Shown in pieces: positions 1-12,207 of a DNA stretch of 64,000 nt. A program made the position numbers and the translations under genes. Under the pieces are notes generated by a model. It was not told where the DNA came from, searched no databases, and was given only the letters and a program-made list of their open reading frames with translations. The DNA is from Somniosus microcephalus. Taxonomy: Eukaryota. The stretch covers positions 340,690,001 to 340,754,000 of the forward strand of contig CM126204.1 in assembly GCA_052327205.1 (NCBI GenBank), in the 5' to 3' direction. Numbering within the stretch: the stretch's first letter is position 1; the number at the start of each line of letters is the position of its first letter.

Positions 1-412
1 GACTTAGTAGCAGCTGTGGCAGCTCACAGCAGCATACAGCCAACATGTTGTTCTGGGTTAACTGCGTAATTAGTTATACCAAATAAGAATACATGTGTTT
101 CTAACTAGATACTTGACACCATGGCTGCAACACAACTGCGATAAACCTGAAGATCGTCCAGTTTTAGAGCTCAAGAATTTCTACTTTTTTAAAATATATA
201 TATATATAAAATTGACCAATTAATGGGGTTTTATTTTCACCTTCACCATTTGGACAGTAAGTAATCTGATGGATCGCATGGCCTGTCCATTGTAGAACCT
301 CAAAATTGGGCGGGTTTAGAATGGTAGTGAAAACCAGGCAAGTAATTGGAGGAGGAGCGTCCACGACATCCCATCTTTAACCATGTTGGAGCCCAACATT
401 TAAGTGCATGAG

Positions 413-949
413 ACATAGAAACGTAGAAGATAGGAGCAGGAGTAGGCCATTCAGCCCCTTGAGCCTGCTCTGCCATTTAATGAGATCATGGCTGATCATC
501 CATTTCAGTACCCTGCCCCTGCTTTCTCCCCATATCCCTTGATCCCTTTAGCCTCAAGAAATATATCCAACTCCTTCTTGAATATATTTAATGAATTGGC
601 CTCAACTGCCTTCTGTGGCAGAGAATTCCACAGGTTCACCACTCTCTGGGTGAAGAAATTCCTCCTCATCTCAGTCCTAAATGGCTTACCCCTTATCCTT
701 AGACTGTGACCCCTGGTTCTGGACTCCCCTGCCATCGGGAACATCCTTCCTGCATCTAGTCTGTCTAGTCCTGTTAGAATTTTATAAGTTTCAATGAGAT
801 CCTATCTCATTCTTCTAAACTCTAGCGAATATAAGCCTAATCGACCCAATCTCTCCTCATACGTCCTTCCTGCCACCCCAGGTATCAGTCTGGTGAATCT
901 TCGCTGCACTCTCTCCATGGCAAGAACATCTTCCCTCAGATAAGGCGAC
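413..949 (-). mobile_element. CR1-clade LINE 3' end (ORF2 C-terminus, 3' UTR, TTCTATGT-type tail); interrupted by Gypsy element A
   Basis: ORFs 505-744 and 802-996 give the CR1 ORF2 C-terminus (RTRGHSLRI...FFTQRVVNLWNSLP). The tail repeat (acatagaa) is at 413. The sequence resumes at 10238. Confidence 0.92.
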
Positions 950-1229
950 TGTCTTGTTTTGCACACTTTGTACAAAAATAATAACTTGCAGGACAACAGA
1001 GTATTACAGTTTAACTCTTTTATTAAGCATTAGGTCTGATCTTACTCCTAGCAGCACCAGTGGGGAAAAGCCTGGAATTAGGACCCCTAGCCTGGGTCTT
1101 CAAAACAATACTAGTCCTTACAGATGCCTGCAGGCCAATGACAACTCAGCATGTGATCACATGTGAATATAATAGGTATTCCTTACGGATGGCTGCGGGC
1201 CAATGATAATTCAATATGCAAATGTTACA
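950..1229 (-). repeat. 3' LTR of element A (280 bp)
   Basis: Matches 5383-5603 plus 10186-10237. The adjacent ccccctttctttt is the reverse complement of a PPT. Confidence 0.95.
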
Positions 1230-1491
1230 CCCCCTTTCTTTTAAAAGAAAAATGTTATGCATTACTTTTAAACCTTTCTTCTACTTAATGTTCTTGGTAG
1301 CATAAAGATATAAGGAAACTCAGCATTTAACTAGCATCTCAACGTTTCAGTAACGATGTACAGTTTTTTTTTAGGGCAGCGATCCGCCTACACCCTTTGA
1401 CAGTTCACAAGTCAAGGATAACTCTAGGCTTGACCTCTCGTCCCGACCTTGTGTGGTATGGAACTGAGCATGCTTCTGAATTGGTCAACAA

Positions 1492-4400
1492 TTAAGGTTC
1501 AGGTTTAGGTTCAGGTAAGTATGAGGTGTTTTGTGTATTGCTCTGTTCATCACACTCTTTTGAACTGATCCTCTCGTCGGAATGATGGTGTTGTTCCTTG
1601 GTGTTCAGGAGGTGCCTGCGATTGCGGTGGTACACCTGTCCTTCTGGGGTGCAGACGTGATACGATTGCTCAGTGTCAGCTGGCTGGATGACAACTGCTG
1701 GCTTCCAGTAGTCATGCTCCTGGATTCTGACGGATTCTCCATTGTGCAGCGGCAGCAGTAGTCTAGCTGACCTGTCATAGTATCTCTTTTGGTGTTGCTG
1801 TCTCTGTACACGTTTTGCATGCACTTGCTTGCAGCTGACGACCTTTGGCTGCAGCTGCTGGTTGGTGCTTGGAAGGATTGAGTGAAGTCTGTGGCTCATC
1901 AACAGCTGTGCTGGTGACTTGAAGTTGTCAACCAGAGTGTTGCGGTACTCAAGGAGACTGATGTAGGGGTCTCTTTTGTCCGCTTTGGCTTTGTCCATGA
2001 GTGTTTTTGCAATCTGGACAGTTTTTTCAGCAAGGCCATTACTTTGAGGGTAATGTGGGCTTGATGTGACATGTGTGAAATCCCATGCCTTGGCAAATGA
2101 CTCGAACTCTTTTGATTTGTATTGGGGGCCATTGTCTGAGACTAAAGTCTCTACCATGCCATGCCTGGCAAAGGCTGCCTTTAGCTTGTGGATCACAGCT
2201 GCAGATGTGGTGCTGTGAAGCTTGTCCAGTTCAAAAAATCTGCTGTAGTAATCAACAGTCACTATGTAGTCCTCGTTGTTCCATGTGAACAGATCCGTTG
2301 CCGCGACCTGCCAGGGCCTGTCTGGGATATGGTGAGGTATCATGGGCTCTTTGACATTTGATGGGCGGCGTTCTAGACAAATGGAACATTTTCCGACAAT
2401 GTCCTCAATGTGTTTGCACATTCCGGGCCAAAACATAATGTCACGTGCTCTTTGTTTGCATTTTTCCATGCCCAGCATGAATTTTTGTCAACATCTCTTC
2501 TCTGGGACTGGTAAGAATGATGATTTTCTCCCCTTTGAAGATGATTCTGTTGATTTGTGACAGTTCGTCTCTGTGGTTCCAGAATTCAGATATGCTCTGA
2601 GGGCATTTCCTCCTTTCCTCAGGCCATCCTTCATGTATGACTTTGCTCAGCAGTGTGAGTTGTGCATATTTCTCTGTTCCTGCTCGGATCTCCTTCAGTT
2701 TTGAGTCACTCACAGGTAAGCTGTTGTACACCATGTGCACCTGCACATCCATGCCTTCACTGAGGCTGCTGTCCTGGTAGCTAAGAAACTTTCTGGAGAG
2801 CGTGTTTGCGACAGGAATGTCTTTGCCTGGACGGTGAATGATTGTGAAGTCGTACTTCTGTAGCTGAAGGATCATTCTCTGTAGCCTTGGTGGGGCTGCA
2901 GCTAGTGGTTTCCTCATGATTGACTCGAGGGGCTTGTGGTCGGATTCCACAATGACTTGTCGGCCATAGACGTACTGGTGGAAACGCTTGCATCCACACA
3001 GAATTGCATATAGCTCTTTCTCGATTTGAGCATAGTTGATTTCACTGTCTGTGAGAGATCTGGAAGCGTAGCCGATGGGCTTTCCTTCTTGCAGTAATAC
3101 TGCACCTAGTCCGTACTTTGACGCGACCACTTGTAGTCTGAGCTCTTTGTTGGGGTCAAAGTAGGCAAGAACTGGTCCTGGTTCTCTGGTGAGTAGGTCT
3201 TTCATTTTCTGAAATGCTGTGTCATGTTTTTGTCCCACAGGAACTCACTGGATTGTTTGAGCAACTGACGCATGGGTGCGTTGATTTCGGAGAGGCTTGG
3301 GGCAAACTTGGCTAAGTAGTTAACCATGCCTAGTACTGTCTCTAGCTCTGCGCGGTTCTTCGGCGGCTCCATCTTCTTGATGACGGAGATTTTCTCTGGA
3401 TCCGGCTTAATGCCATCAGTTGAGAGGTGATGCCCGAAATAACTGATCTCGGTGGATCCGATTATGCTTTTCTCGGGGTTGAGCCAGATACCTTTCTCCT
3501 GTGATCTTTGTAGCATCGCACGGAGGTTCCTGTCATGTTCCTCTATTCCTGCCATAGATGAGGACGTCGTCTACGATTGCGACGACTCCATCAAGGCTTT
3601 CATAGGTTACGTCGATCTTCCGCTGGAATTCATCCTGAGCTGAGGTAAGACCAATCAGTAGCGTCCAAATGGTATGTTGAACGTTGTTAGCTTAGATGAC
3701 TCTTCCGTGAGCCTGATGGTCCAGTATCCTGATCGTGCGTCCATTACACTGAAGTAACGTGCTCCCACTAGCTTGGGTGTGATGTCATCTAGCGTTGGTA
3801 GAGGGTAGTGAGGGCGTTTGAATAGCCTTGTTCAAATCTCTGGGGTCGAGACAGACTCTGAGCTTGCCTGTACATGGTTTCTCGAGCACTACTAACGCGT
3901 TGACCCACTCTGTCAGTTCTGTTTCCTGGACGATGATTTCTGTATTCTCCATGGTCTGCAGCTCCTCCTTCAGGTGACTATGTAGAGTAAGGGGTATCCT
4001 TCTCGGTGGGCAAACCACAGGGGTTGCTGTTGGGTCAAGGTGAATAGTGCATTCACCTGGGAATAGTCCGATTCCTTTGAAAACGTCAGCAAACTCCTCC
4101 ATGACTGTCTGCTTCTCAACTGGTGCTGTCAATGATAGCACTAGCTTGATGAGGTCCATGTCTAAACATGTCTTTAGACCTAGCACTGGAGGTGCTCAAG
4201 TGTCAACAATGTAAAAGTCCAACATCATGTCGCTTTCTTTGTACTTGCATTTCATCATGTATGTGCCTTTTACAATGAGTTACTCAGCCCCATAGCTGGT
4301 CAGTCTGCATGAGGTGGGCTGTAGCTCACACTCATCCTTCAAGCTGTGATACTCACTCAGAGGAATTACATTAACCTGAGCTCCAGTGTCTAGTTTAAAC

Positions 4401-4540
4401 TTAAGCTCTTTGCCCTGTTTTCCTATCTCAATATCTGCAAAGGCTTGCTCAGTCTCTGAAATCTGTTTTTTCTGTGACACAGAATCAATAAACAGTTCCT
4501 CTGCATTTGGCTCTCTATCTGGCATTTGGCTGTCACTCAC
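1492..4540 (-). pseudogene. Element A pol (protease, RT, RNase H, integrase), frameshifted
   Basis: LDTGAQ protease (4280-4540); RVCLDPRDLN RT (3785-4186); RNase H NYAQIEKE (2441-3238); integrase SDNGPQ...SNGLAE (1492-2478). Confidence 0.93.
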
Positions 4541-4555
4541 TGTGTGTACTGCTTT

Positions 4556-5383
4556 TCAAAAAACAGTCCTGCAAACTTTAGCAAAGTGGTTCTGTTTACC
4601 ACATTTAGCACATTGTCTTCCTTTGGCAGGGCAATGCTCCTTTTCCCCATGCACCTTGTTTCCACAATATCCACAGTGTTTGAAGCGTTTTATGTCTGTG
4701 TTGCCCATTTTTAGAACTCTCGCTGTTCTTTCTGTTCTGAAACACGCTCTCTGGGCGGTGTTCTTTGGTGTGTGTCTATTAACTGCATGCACTGTCTGTT
4801 CACGCGAGCTGTTGGTGGCACCGGTTATAGTTTTCAACTGTGCTTGGGCTATCTCGTGTGATGTAGCTATGTCCATAGCTTTGTCCAGCGTTAGCCCGGA
4901 CCCAACATTCAAAAGTTTCTCTCTCACTTTAGCTGAATGTATTCCAAACACGATGCGGTCTCTGACCATCTCATCTTTATCTGCATATTCACAGTCTTTT
5001 ACCAGCAGTTTTAACTCGGTCACGAACTGTTCAAACGACTCACTAGCTCCTTGTACTTTCTCCTGAAACTTGTACCTAGCGAATATCGTATTTGTCTTGG
5101 GCATCACATATGATTCAAAACGGTCAAAATAACTTTTCAGTACATTTGCTTCATCCGCGGTGAGAGACCATGTGTTAAAAATGTCTCTCCCTTTTTCTCC
5201 GATCCACAGGAGTAGGTAGCTGCATCTTTCTTCCTCCCCTTTGCTTTTCAGCGGACCCGAGAACATCAACTCCACGTGTTGCTTGAACTTGTGCCATTCT
5301 GTATGTAAGTTCAAAGATTTCCAATCCATTCGAGGCAAGGGAGCTCCAACAATGTCCATTTTCAATCCCTGTTCTGACACCAT
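4556..5383 (-). pseudogene. Element A gag with two zinc knuckles
   Basis: 275-aa ORF ending in CGYCGNKVH..C and CAKCGKQNHFAKVC; out of frame with the protease. Confidence 0.9.
5372..5382 (-). promoter_or_regulatory. PBS of element A (tRNA-Leu CAA-type)
   Basis: Minus strand reads TGGTGTCAGAA directly after the LTR end. Confidence 0.75.
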
Positions 5384-5603
5384 GTCTTGTTTTGCACACT
5401 TTGTACAAAAATAATAACTTGCATGACAACGGAGTATTACAGTTTAACTCTTTTATTAAGCATTAGGTCTGATCTTACAGCACCAGTGGGGAAAAGCATG
5501 GCATTAGGACCCCTAGCCTGGGCCTTCAAAACAATGGTAGTCCTTACAGATGCCTGCAGGCCAATGACAACTCAGCATGTGATCACATGTGAATATAATA
5601 GGT
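5383..5603 (-). repeat. 5' LTR of element A, left piece (remainder at 10182-10237)
   Basis: Aligns to the 950-1229 LTR up to the AGGT insertion site; split by element B. Confidence 0.93.
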
Positions 5604-6025
5604 TGTGGCGGAGCCACTAAGGGACTCCGATCAATTGTGTATAATTCCCTTTAATAATATGTTAGCTACAGCCTGAGTCTGTATCTTTGTTTTCACTGTT
5701 TACATGTACAGAGCGCGATCACTTTAATAGCGCGGGTAAACGCGATGACGTCACACCGTTCATCATGTGATCCCCCACCGGCGGGAAAAACGTGATGAAG
5801 TCATGGCGTCAGCCACGGGACTGCCCAAGCCGTCCTCGTGGAGCCTCCGAACTGACTAGACGTATATTCGATGTTCTCCTGTAATTATCCATTAAACTCT
5901 GTTAGTTTTCATTAAACCTCGTTTATTTGATCGCCTGAGTGGACCTCAGTCTTTTGATAGGAACTAGATATTCCTACATTGGTGACCCCGACTTTTGCGA
6001 ACGGTTTTCACAGAAGTTACTGAAC

Positions 6026-6661
6026 ATGGAAACGAACGCCGTTGCTTTGAAGCTACCACAGTTCTGAGAGCAACAGCCAGCCGCGTGGTTCATCCAGGCT
6101 GAAGCCCAGTTCGCAATCAGGAACATCGTTGCGGATCAGACCCGTTACTATTACGTGGTCTCCACCCTCGACAGCGCCACAGCCTCGCGGATCATCAGCC
6201 TGCTTGGTAATCCACCAGAAGATCGTAAGTATGAAACGATAAAGGCGCGGTTGTTACAGGTCTTCGGGCTCACGAAATCAGAGTGCGCCCGCCGGCTGCT
6301 CGCTATGCCCGGCCTCGGGGACTCCAAGCCATCCGAGCTCATGAGCCAAATGCTCACGCTCCTGGGCTCCGAACTGGAATGCTTCCTCTTCAGGGAGCTA
6401 TTCCTCAGCCAGCTACCGGAGCAAGTTCAGGCTGCCCTAGCCAGGTCGGAAGTAACAGACTGCGCAGAGCTGGCTGCTGAAGCGGACAAGATTTTCGCGG
6501 TGACACAGCAGTACTGCGCTGCCACGAGGCGCCCATCCCCCACAGACGCTGCCCCAGCCCCATAGCCTGCGGGGTTGTGCTTCTACCACGCCCGTTTTGG
6601 CGCAAAAGCAAGATGCTGCCGCCCTCCCTGCAGCTTTTCGCTCAAAAAAACCCAACAGTAA
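6026..6661 (+). pseudogene. Element B gag with CHCC motif, premature stops
   Basis: METNAVALKLPQF*EQQPAAWF... followed by CFYHARFGAKARCCRPPC at 6578-6631. Confidence 0.85.
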
Positions 6662-6706
6662 CCCTGTCGAAAGAGGACCGGTTATAACGAGCGCCCCGCG
6701 GCTGCG

Positions 6707-9700
6707 ATGGCAATCGGTAATTCGGGAGACCTCCTCTTCATCACCGACTCCCTATCTGGTCGATGTTTCCTCTGCGACACGGGGGCGCAGTGTAGCATCC
6801 TACCCTCGTCAAATCTTGATATACAAGCCGGGGGGCACGGCCTCTCCCTCGAGGCGGCTAATGGCGGGGCCATTCGGACCTTCGGAAGATGGCGGGTCCA
6901 GGTGTGCTTCGGCGGCCAGCGGTTTTACTGGGATTTCATCACGGCCAAAGTCTCTCAAGCCATCCTCGGGGTGGATTTTTTGTGCGCCAACGGCCTCCTG
7001 GTGGATGTAAGGCACCGCCGGTTGATCAATGCGGCCACTTTTCACTCCATTCCATGCCACCGCTTTAACGCCGTGTCACGCACTGTCTCCTGTGCGTTCC
7101 CACCTCCGGATGACTTCACTCGCCTCCTCGGAGATTTCCCAGACCTGACCAGACCCACTTTCTCTTCCACAGCCACGAAACATGGTGTCGAACATCACAT
7201 CACCACTACTGGCTCCCCGGTCTACGCATGGGCCCGGCGCCTCAAACCTGGCAAGCTCGCAGCTGCGAAAGCGGAGTTCGACACGATGGAGCGGCTAGGG
7301 ATTATTCGCCGGTTGAATAGTCCCTGGTCTTCGCCTCTCCACATTGTTCCGAAACCTGGTGGCGGATGGCGGCCTTGCGGCGACTACCGACGCCTGAACG
7401 ACGCCACTACTCCTGATCGGTACCCGATCCCTCATGTTCAGGATTTCTCTGCCCATTTGGCGGGAAATACCATTTTTTCAAAAGTCGACCTTGTCCGTGG
7501 CTACCACCAGGTCCCCGTGCACCCACAAGACATCCCGAAAACTGCAGTCATCACCCCATTCGGCCTGTTTGAATTTCTGCGGATGCCATTTGGATTGAAG
7601 AACGCTGCACAGGCTTTCCAGCGCTTGATGGACTCCATGCTTCGGGACCTCAAGTTTCTATTCGTCTACCTCGACGACATCCTCATCGCCAGCCCGAATA
7701 AAGAGGAGCACATCTGCCATTTACGCACCCTCTTAGACGCCTCAGTCAACACGGCTTGATCATCAACCCAGCCAAATGCCAGTTCGGCCTGCAGCAGATT
7801 GATTTCTTAGGCCATCGCATCACATCGGACGGCGCAATTCCCCTGCAAATGAAGGTGGAGGCAGTTACTTCTTTCCCGCGCCCGCAGACTGTCAAGGCCC
7901 TGCAGGAGTTCCTCAGGATAGTGAATTTTTATCACCGGTTCGTCCCTAATGCAGCTCTGCTCATGCAGCCCCTGTATGAGGCCCTCAAGGGCAAGTCCGG
8001 CAAGGATCCGATTAGCTGGACGGTCGACATGGACCGGGCGTTTGTCGACACAAAAGGCGCCTCAGCCAACGCAACCATGCTGGCGCACCCGCTGCCAGGT
8101 GCCACCGCCCTTACCACCGACGCGTCAGACTACGCCATTGGCGCAGTGCAGGAACAGTGGGTGAATGGGACGTGGCAACCGCTGGCGTTTTTCAGCCGTC
8201 AACTACGGCGAAACGAACGGAAGTACAGCACGTTCGACTGGGAGTTGCTGGCCCTTTTTCTGGCCATCTGCCATTTCCGGTTCTTGCTAGAGGGCCGTCT
8301 GTTCATGGCTTTTGTGGACCATAAGCCACTAACGTTCCCTATGGCCATGACCGCCGAACCGTGGTCAGCTCGGCAACAACGTCAGTTGACGTTTATCTCA
8401 GAATTCACCACTGACATTCAGCATGTGTCCGGTAAAGACAACCTGGTGGTGGATTGCCTCTCCCGCGCGACCGTTCATGCAGTGCAGCTCGGCATCGACT
8501 ATGCCCTCATGGCTGCGGATCAAGCCTCGGATCCGGAAGTCCAATCTTACAGAACCAACCCCTCTAGCCTCCAAGCGGCCGACGTCAAATTCCATGCCAC
8601 AGGCACTACGCTACTCTGCGACGTCTCCGTAGGAGATCCTCACCCTATCGTGCCGGTCGCAAATTTTTGACGCCATACACGGGTTGTCGCACCCTGGCAT
8701 GAAGGCCTCACAACGGCTGATGTCATCCAAATTCGTGTGGCGGGGCATGCACATGGATGTCCGCGACTGGGCCAACACCTGCGTGGTCTGCCAAAAGGCC
8801 AAGGTGCAGCGTCACGTCAAGGCTCCATTGGCCACTTTTGCTGTTCCGGAACGTAGGTTTGATCATGTGCATGTGGACCTGGTGGGGCCACTTCCGCCTT
8901 CGCATGGGTTTACTCATCTTCTTACAATGGTGGACCGCACCACTAGATGGCCTGAGGCGGTTCCTTTGTCATCCACCACTTCCGCAGATGTCGCCAGGGC
9001 ATTCATCTCCACTTGGGTCACCCGTTTCGGGGTACCGGCGGACATCTCGTCTGATCGTGGGCCGCAGTTTTCTTCTGAGCTCTGGAATGCTGTGGCACAG
9101 GGGCTCGGCGTCAAGCTACATCGCACCACTGCCTACCATCCACAGGCGAACGGCCTGTGCGAACGATTCCACAGGTCGCTCAAAGCCGCACTGCGAGCCA
9201 GCCTTCAAGGCGCGGGCTGGGTGGACAGGCTTCCATGGGTCCTTTTGGGTCTTCGTATGGCACCTAAAGAAGATCTTCAATCGTCCTCGGCGGAGCTCGT
9301 ATATGGCCAGCCGCTACGCATACCAGGGGATTTCCTTCCGACTCCAACAGAGCCATGGTCCGCATCCCAGCAGCTCATCAGCCACCAGGAGGCAGCCAGA
9401 AGTTTCGCTCCAGTGCCTACATCGCATCACGGCTTGCAGAGCTCCCACGTCCCAGCTGAGCTGAAGAACGCCGACTATGTGTTTATCCGCCACGACGCTC
9501 ATCGGGATCTGCTCAAACCCCCTTACACTGGTCCTTTCCGCGTGATAGAGCCGGGAGACAAAACTTTTTTGGTCGATATCGGAGGTAAACCGGACCACAT
9601 TTCGGTTGACCGGTTGAAGCCGGCACACTTGGACCTTGACCGCCCAGTCGAGATTGCACAACCGCCAAAACGTGCCAGATCAAACGCAACCGCCCGCCAG

Positions 9701-9751
9701 CTCGCCCGCCGTCCATCAGCTTCCACTTCAAGGCTACAGAAGTTGATCTGA
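6707..9751 (+). pseudogene. Element B pol (PR, RT, RNase H, IN), frameshifted
   Basis: [41 protein letters not shown] across ORFs 6707-7759, 7756-8670 and 8684-9751. Confidence 0.95.
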
Positions 9752-10237
9752 CAGGCTTGTCAGGCCTCCTCGCCATTTTACTTTTGCTGTTAAAGACAAT
9801 TCTGGGGGGGCGCATGTGGCGGAGCCACTAAGGGACTCCGATCAATTGTATATCATTCTCTTTAATAATATGTTAGCTACAGCCTGAGTCTGTATCTTTG
9901 TTTTCACTGTTTACATGTACAGAGCGCGATCACATTAATAGCGCGGGTAAACGCGATGACGTCACGCCGTTCCTCACGTGATCCCCCACCGGCGGGAAAA
10001 ACATCATGACGTCAGCCACGGAACCGCCCAAGCAGTCCTCGTGGAGCCGCCGAACTGACTAGACCTATATTCGATGTTCTCCTGTAATTATCCGTTAAAC
10101 TCTGTTAGTTTTCATTAAACCTCGTTTATTTGATCGCCTGAGTGGACCTCAGTCTTTTGATAGGAACTAGACATTCCTACAAGGTATTCCTTACAGATGC
10201 CTGCGGGCCAATGATAATTCAATATGCAAATGTTACA

Positions 10238-10546
10238 GCGACCAAAACTGCACACAACACTCAAGGTGTGGTCTCACCAAGGCCCAGTACAACTGCAGCA
10301 AGACATCCTTGCTCCTGTACTCGAATCCTCTTGCTGTGAAGGCCAGCATACCATTTGCCTGCTGCAGCTGCATGCTTACCTTCAGCGACTGGTGCACAAG
10401 GGCACCCAGATCTCGTTGCACTTCCCCTTTTCCCAATCTATTGCCGTTCAGATAATCTGTCTTCCTGTTTTTGCCACTGAAGTGGATAGCCTCACATTTA
10501 TCCGCATTATACTGCATCTGCCCAATCACCCAACCTGTCCAAATCA
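10238..10546 (-). mobile_element. Continuation of the CR1 split by element A
   Basis: gcgaccaaaactgcac continues 941-949 exactly as in the intact copy near 46501; translation ...LVRPHLECCVQFWS. Confidence 0.9.
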
Positions 10547-11000
10547 AGGCTGTAGTGTTTACAAACGCCTTCAGCCAAACGTGCCGAGCGCACAAACTTA
10601 CTCGGCTTACTCCTGAGGTCCATACCATCATAGATGCCAGTGTCCAGCTAATTTGCTTCACTCCGTATGACGTTAACAAGTGGCTGAGTGCAGTAGACAT
10701 AGGAAAGGCTATGGGCCGTGACACCAACCTGGCTGTAATACTGAAAACCTGCGTACCAGAGCTATTCGCTCCCTAGTCAGCCTATCTCAATATAACTATG
10801 TCACTAGTATCTACTCGACAATGAGGAAGATCGCCCATTTTATCCACACAAAAGAGGAAAAATTTAATTCGGCAAATTACTAACCTGTCAGCCTCCTCCC
10901 TATCATCAGTAAAGCGATGGAATGAGTCATCAATATACGCAAATAAGCTCATGAATGCTCAGTTAGGATTCAGCTAGAACCACTTAGCTCCAGATCTCAG
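10547..11000 (+). mobile_element. Degraded LINE (L2/CR1 group) RT-upstream fragment
   Basis: FTPYDVNKWLSAVDIGKAMG...LKTCVPEL, then an NY*PVSLL-like motif. Confidence 0.7.
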
Positions 11001-12085
11001 TATACTGGATGTGGGCACAAGATCTTGACGTGGGTGCAAGTTAAATGCCAGAGAAGAGGTGAGAGTAGCTGCCCAATTGGGTGGGCCTTGGGCCTACCTC
11101 TAGAGCGACCGATCCCTATGCCCAGTTTGTGCCAGCTTGTTCCTGGGCCACACGCTCGGGTACAGCAGCTCTGGTCACTCCCAATAGCAATTAGAGCATC
11201 TCGCGTTTAAAGGGTGTGTCCATACTTCCCAATATCTAATTATATGATTGCATAATACAGGAGTCTATCAATAAGACTGGATATTGCGTCTTTAACATGT
11301 GCCCTCATGCGCAATCTCCAATCTTTTTGAAGGCAGACTGAGAAACACTTAGTGAGACGTGGCCAGATACAAATTGTTAACCTGCTTCCTTTCACACACA
11401 AACAGAAGTGAGCATACAGAGTAACAGTCAAAGCAAATTCCACTTACTTAACGCAATCTCGCTCCTCTCCTCAAAAACGTGGGGAAAAAGTAATAAACCA
11501 CACAGCCTGTTCCCCTTTTGGACTTCTTGCTTTTGGCACTAACTTTTTTTCAGACTACTTCTGACTACGAAAACTAATCTCCTACAACTTTTTAACTTTC
11601 AGCTACGGGTCCAGGGCTGTGTGCCACAGCCCCTTGCTTGAAAATCTTGACTACCCATGTGACCCTTTGTGTCTGTAGCCAGGAATGTCATTAGATTGTC
11701 AGCTGAGAGACTGACTTCCTTCCCTTAGTGCCTTAGTGCTTTACCAGTAGACCTGTTAATAAAACTACGGCTTGGGGGTGTGAGTTTTGGAGAGGTTATC
11801 TTCTGCTGTTCTTGGGATATATAGGGCCATTCTGTCTAATGGGCCTGGGATGAAACAGGTGACCATTATTGTGTCCGTTTGAAGCAGACTGTGAACCGTG
11901 ACATTTCACAAACTGGCCCGTCTGGTTTCAATGCACCTCTTCAATACCTGCAGCCTGTGCCTTCCCCTTTTTAAATCTGAGCAGAGGCACTTTGGTTCAA
12001 TACACAGCGCTTAAACACAACTCAATCCCCAAAATCATTTCGGAATCCCAAAACATGAGAGCGGCCAAAAAAAGTTACAGCTTCA

Positions 12086-12207
12086 AGGGATGAAATTTGT
12101 CAATAGACTTCAATGGGAAAGAAAATCGGAAAGAAAATGGTGTAAAACGGGCTGCTGATTCGCTATGAGCCTACTTTGCGCTACTGGCATTGACCAATTT
12201 CACCCCT
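12086..12207. mobile_element. Short MITE-like inverted-repeat element
   Basis: agggatgaaatttgtcaat ... attgaccaatttcacccct form imperfect 19-bp TIRs. Confidence 0.55.

Larger units (their letters stand above)
5604..10181 (+). mobile_element. Gypsy LTR retrotransposon B (CsRN1-clade-like)
   Basis: LTRs 5604-5978 and 9815-10181 (TG..CA); 4-bp TSD AGGT; PBS TGGTGACCCCGAC (tRNA-Trp) at 5980-5992; G-run PPT before 9815. Confidence 0.95.
950..10237 (-). mobile_element. Gypsy LTR retrotransposon A (Mag/K02A2.6-like), degenerate; contains element B
   Basis: TG..CA ends; 5-bp TSD GCGAC (945-949 / 10238-10242); paired LTRs, PBS, PPT, and gag-PR-RT-RH-IN remnants. Confidence 0.95.

Noticed and set aside
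6644-6651. AAAAAAAC as a programmed -1 frameshift site in element B
   Set aside because: In this copy gag and pol are in the same frame separated by a stop, so the site cannot be supported without an intact copy.
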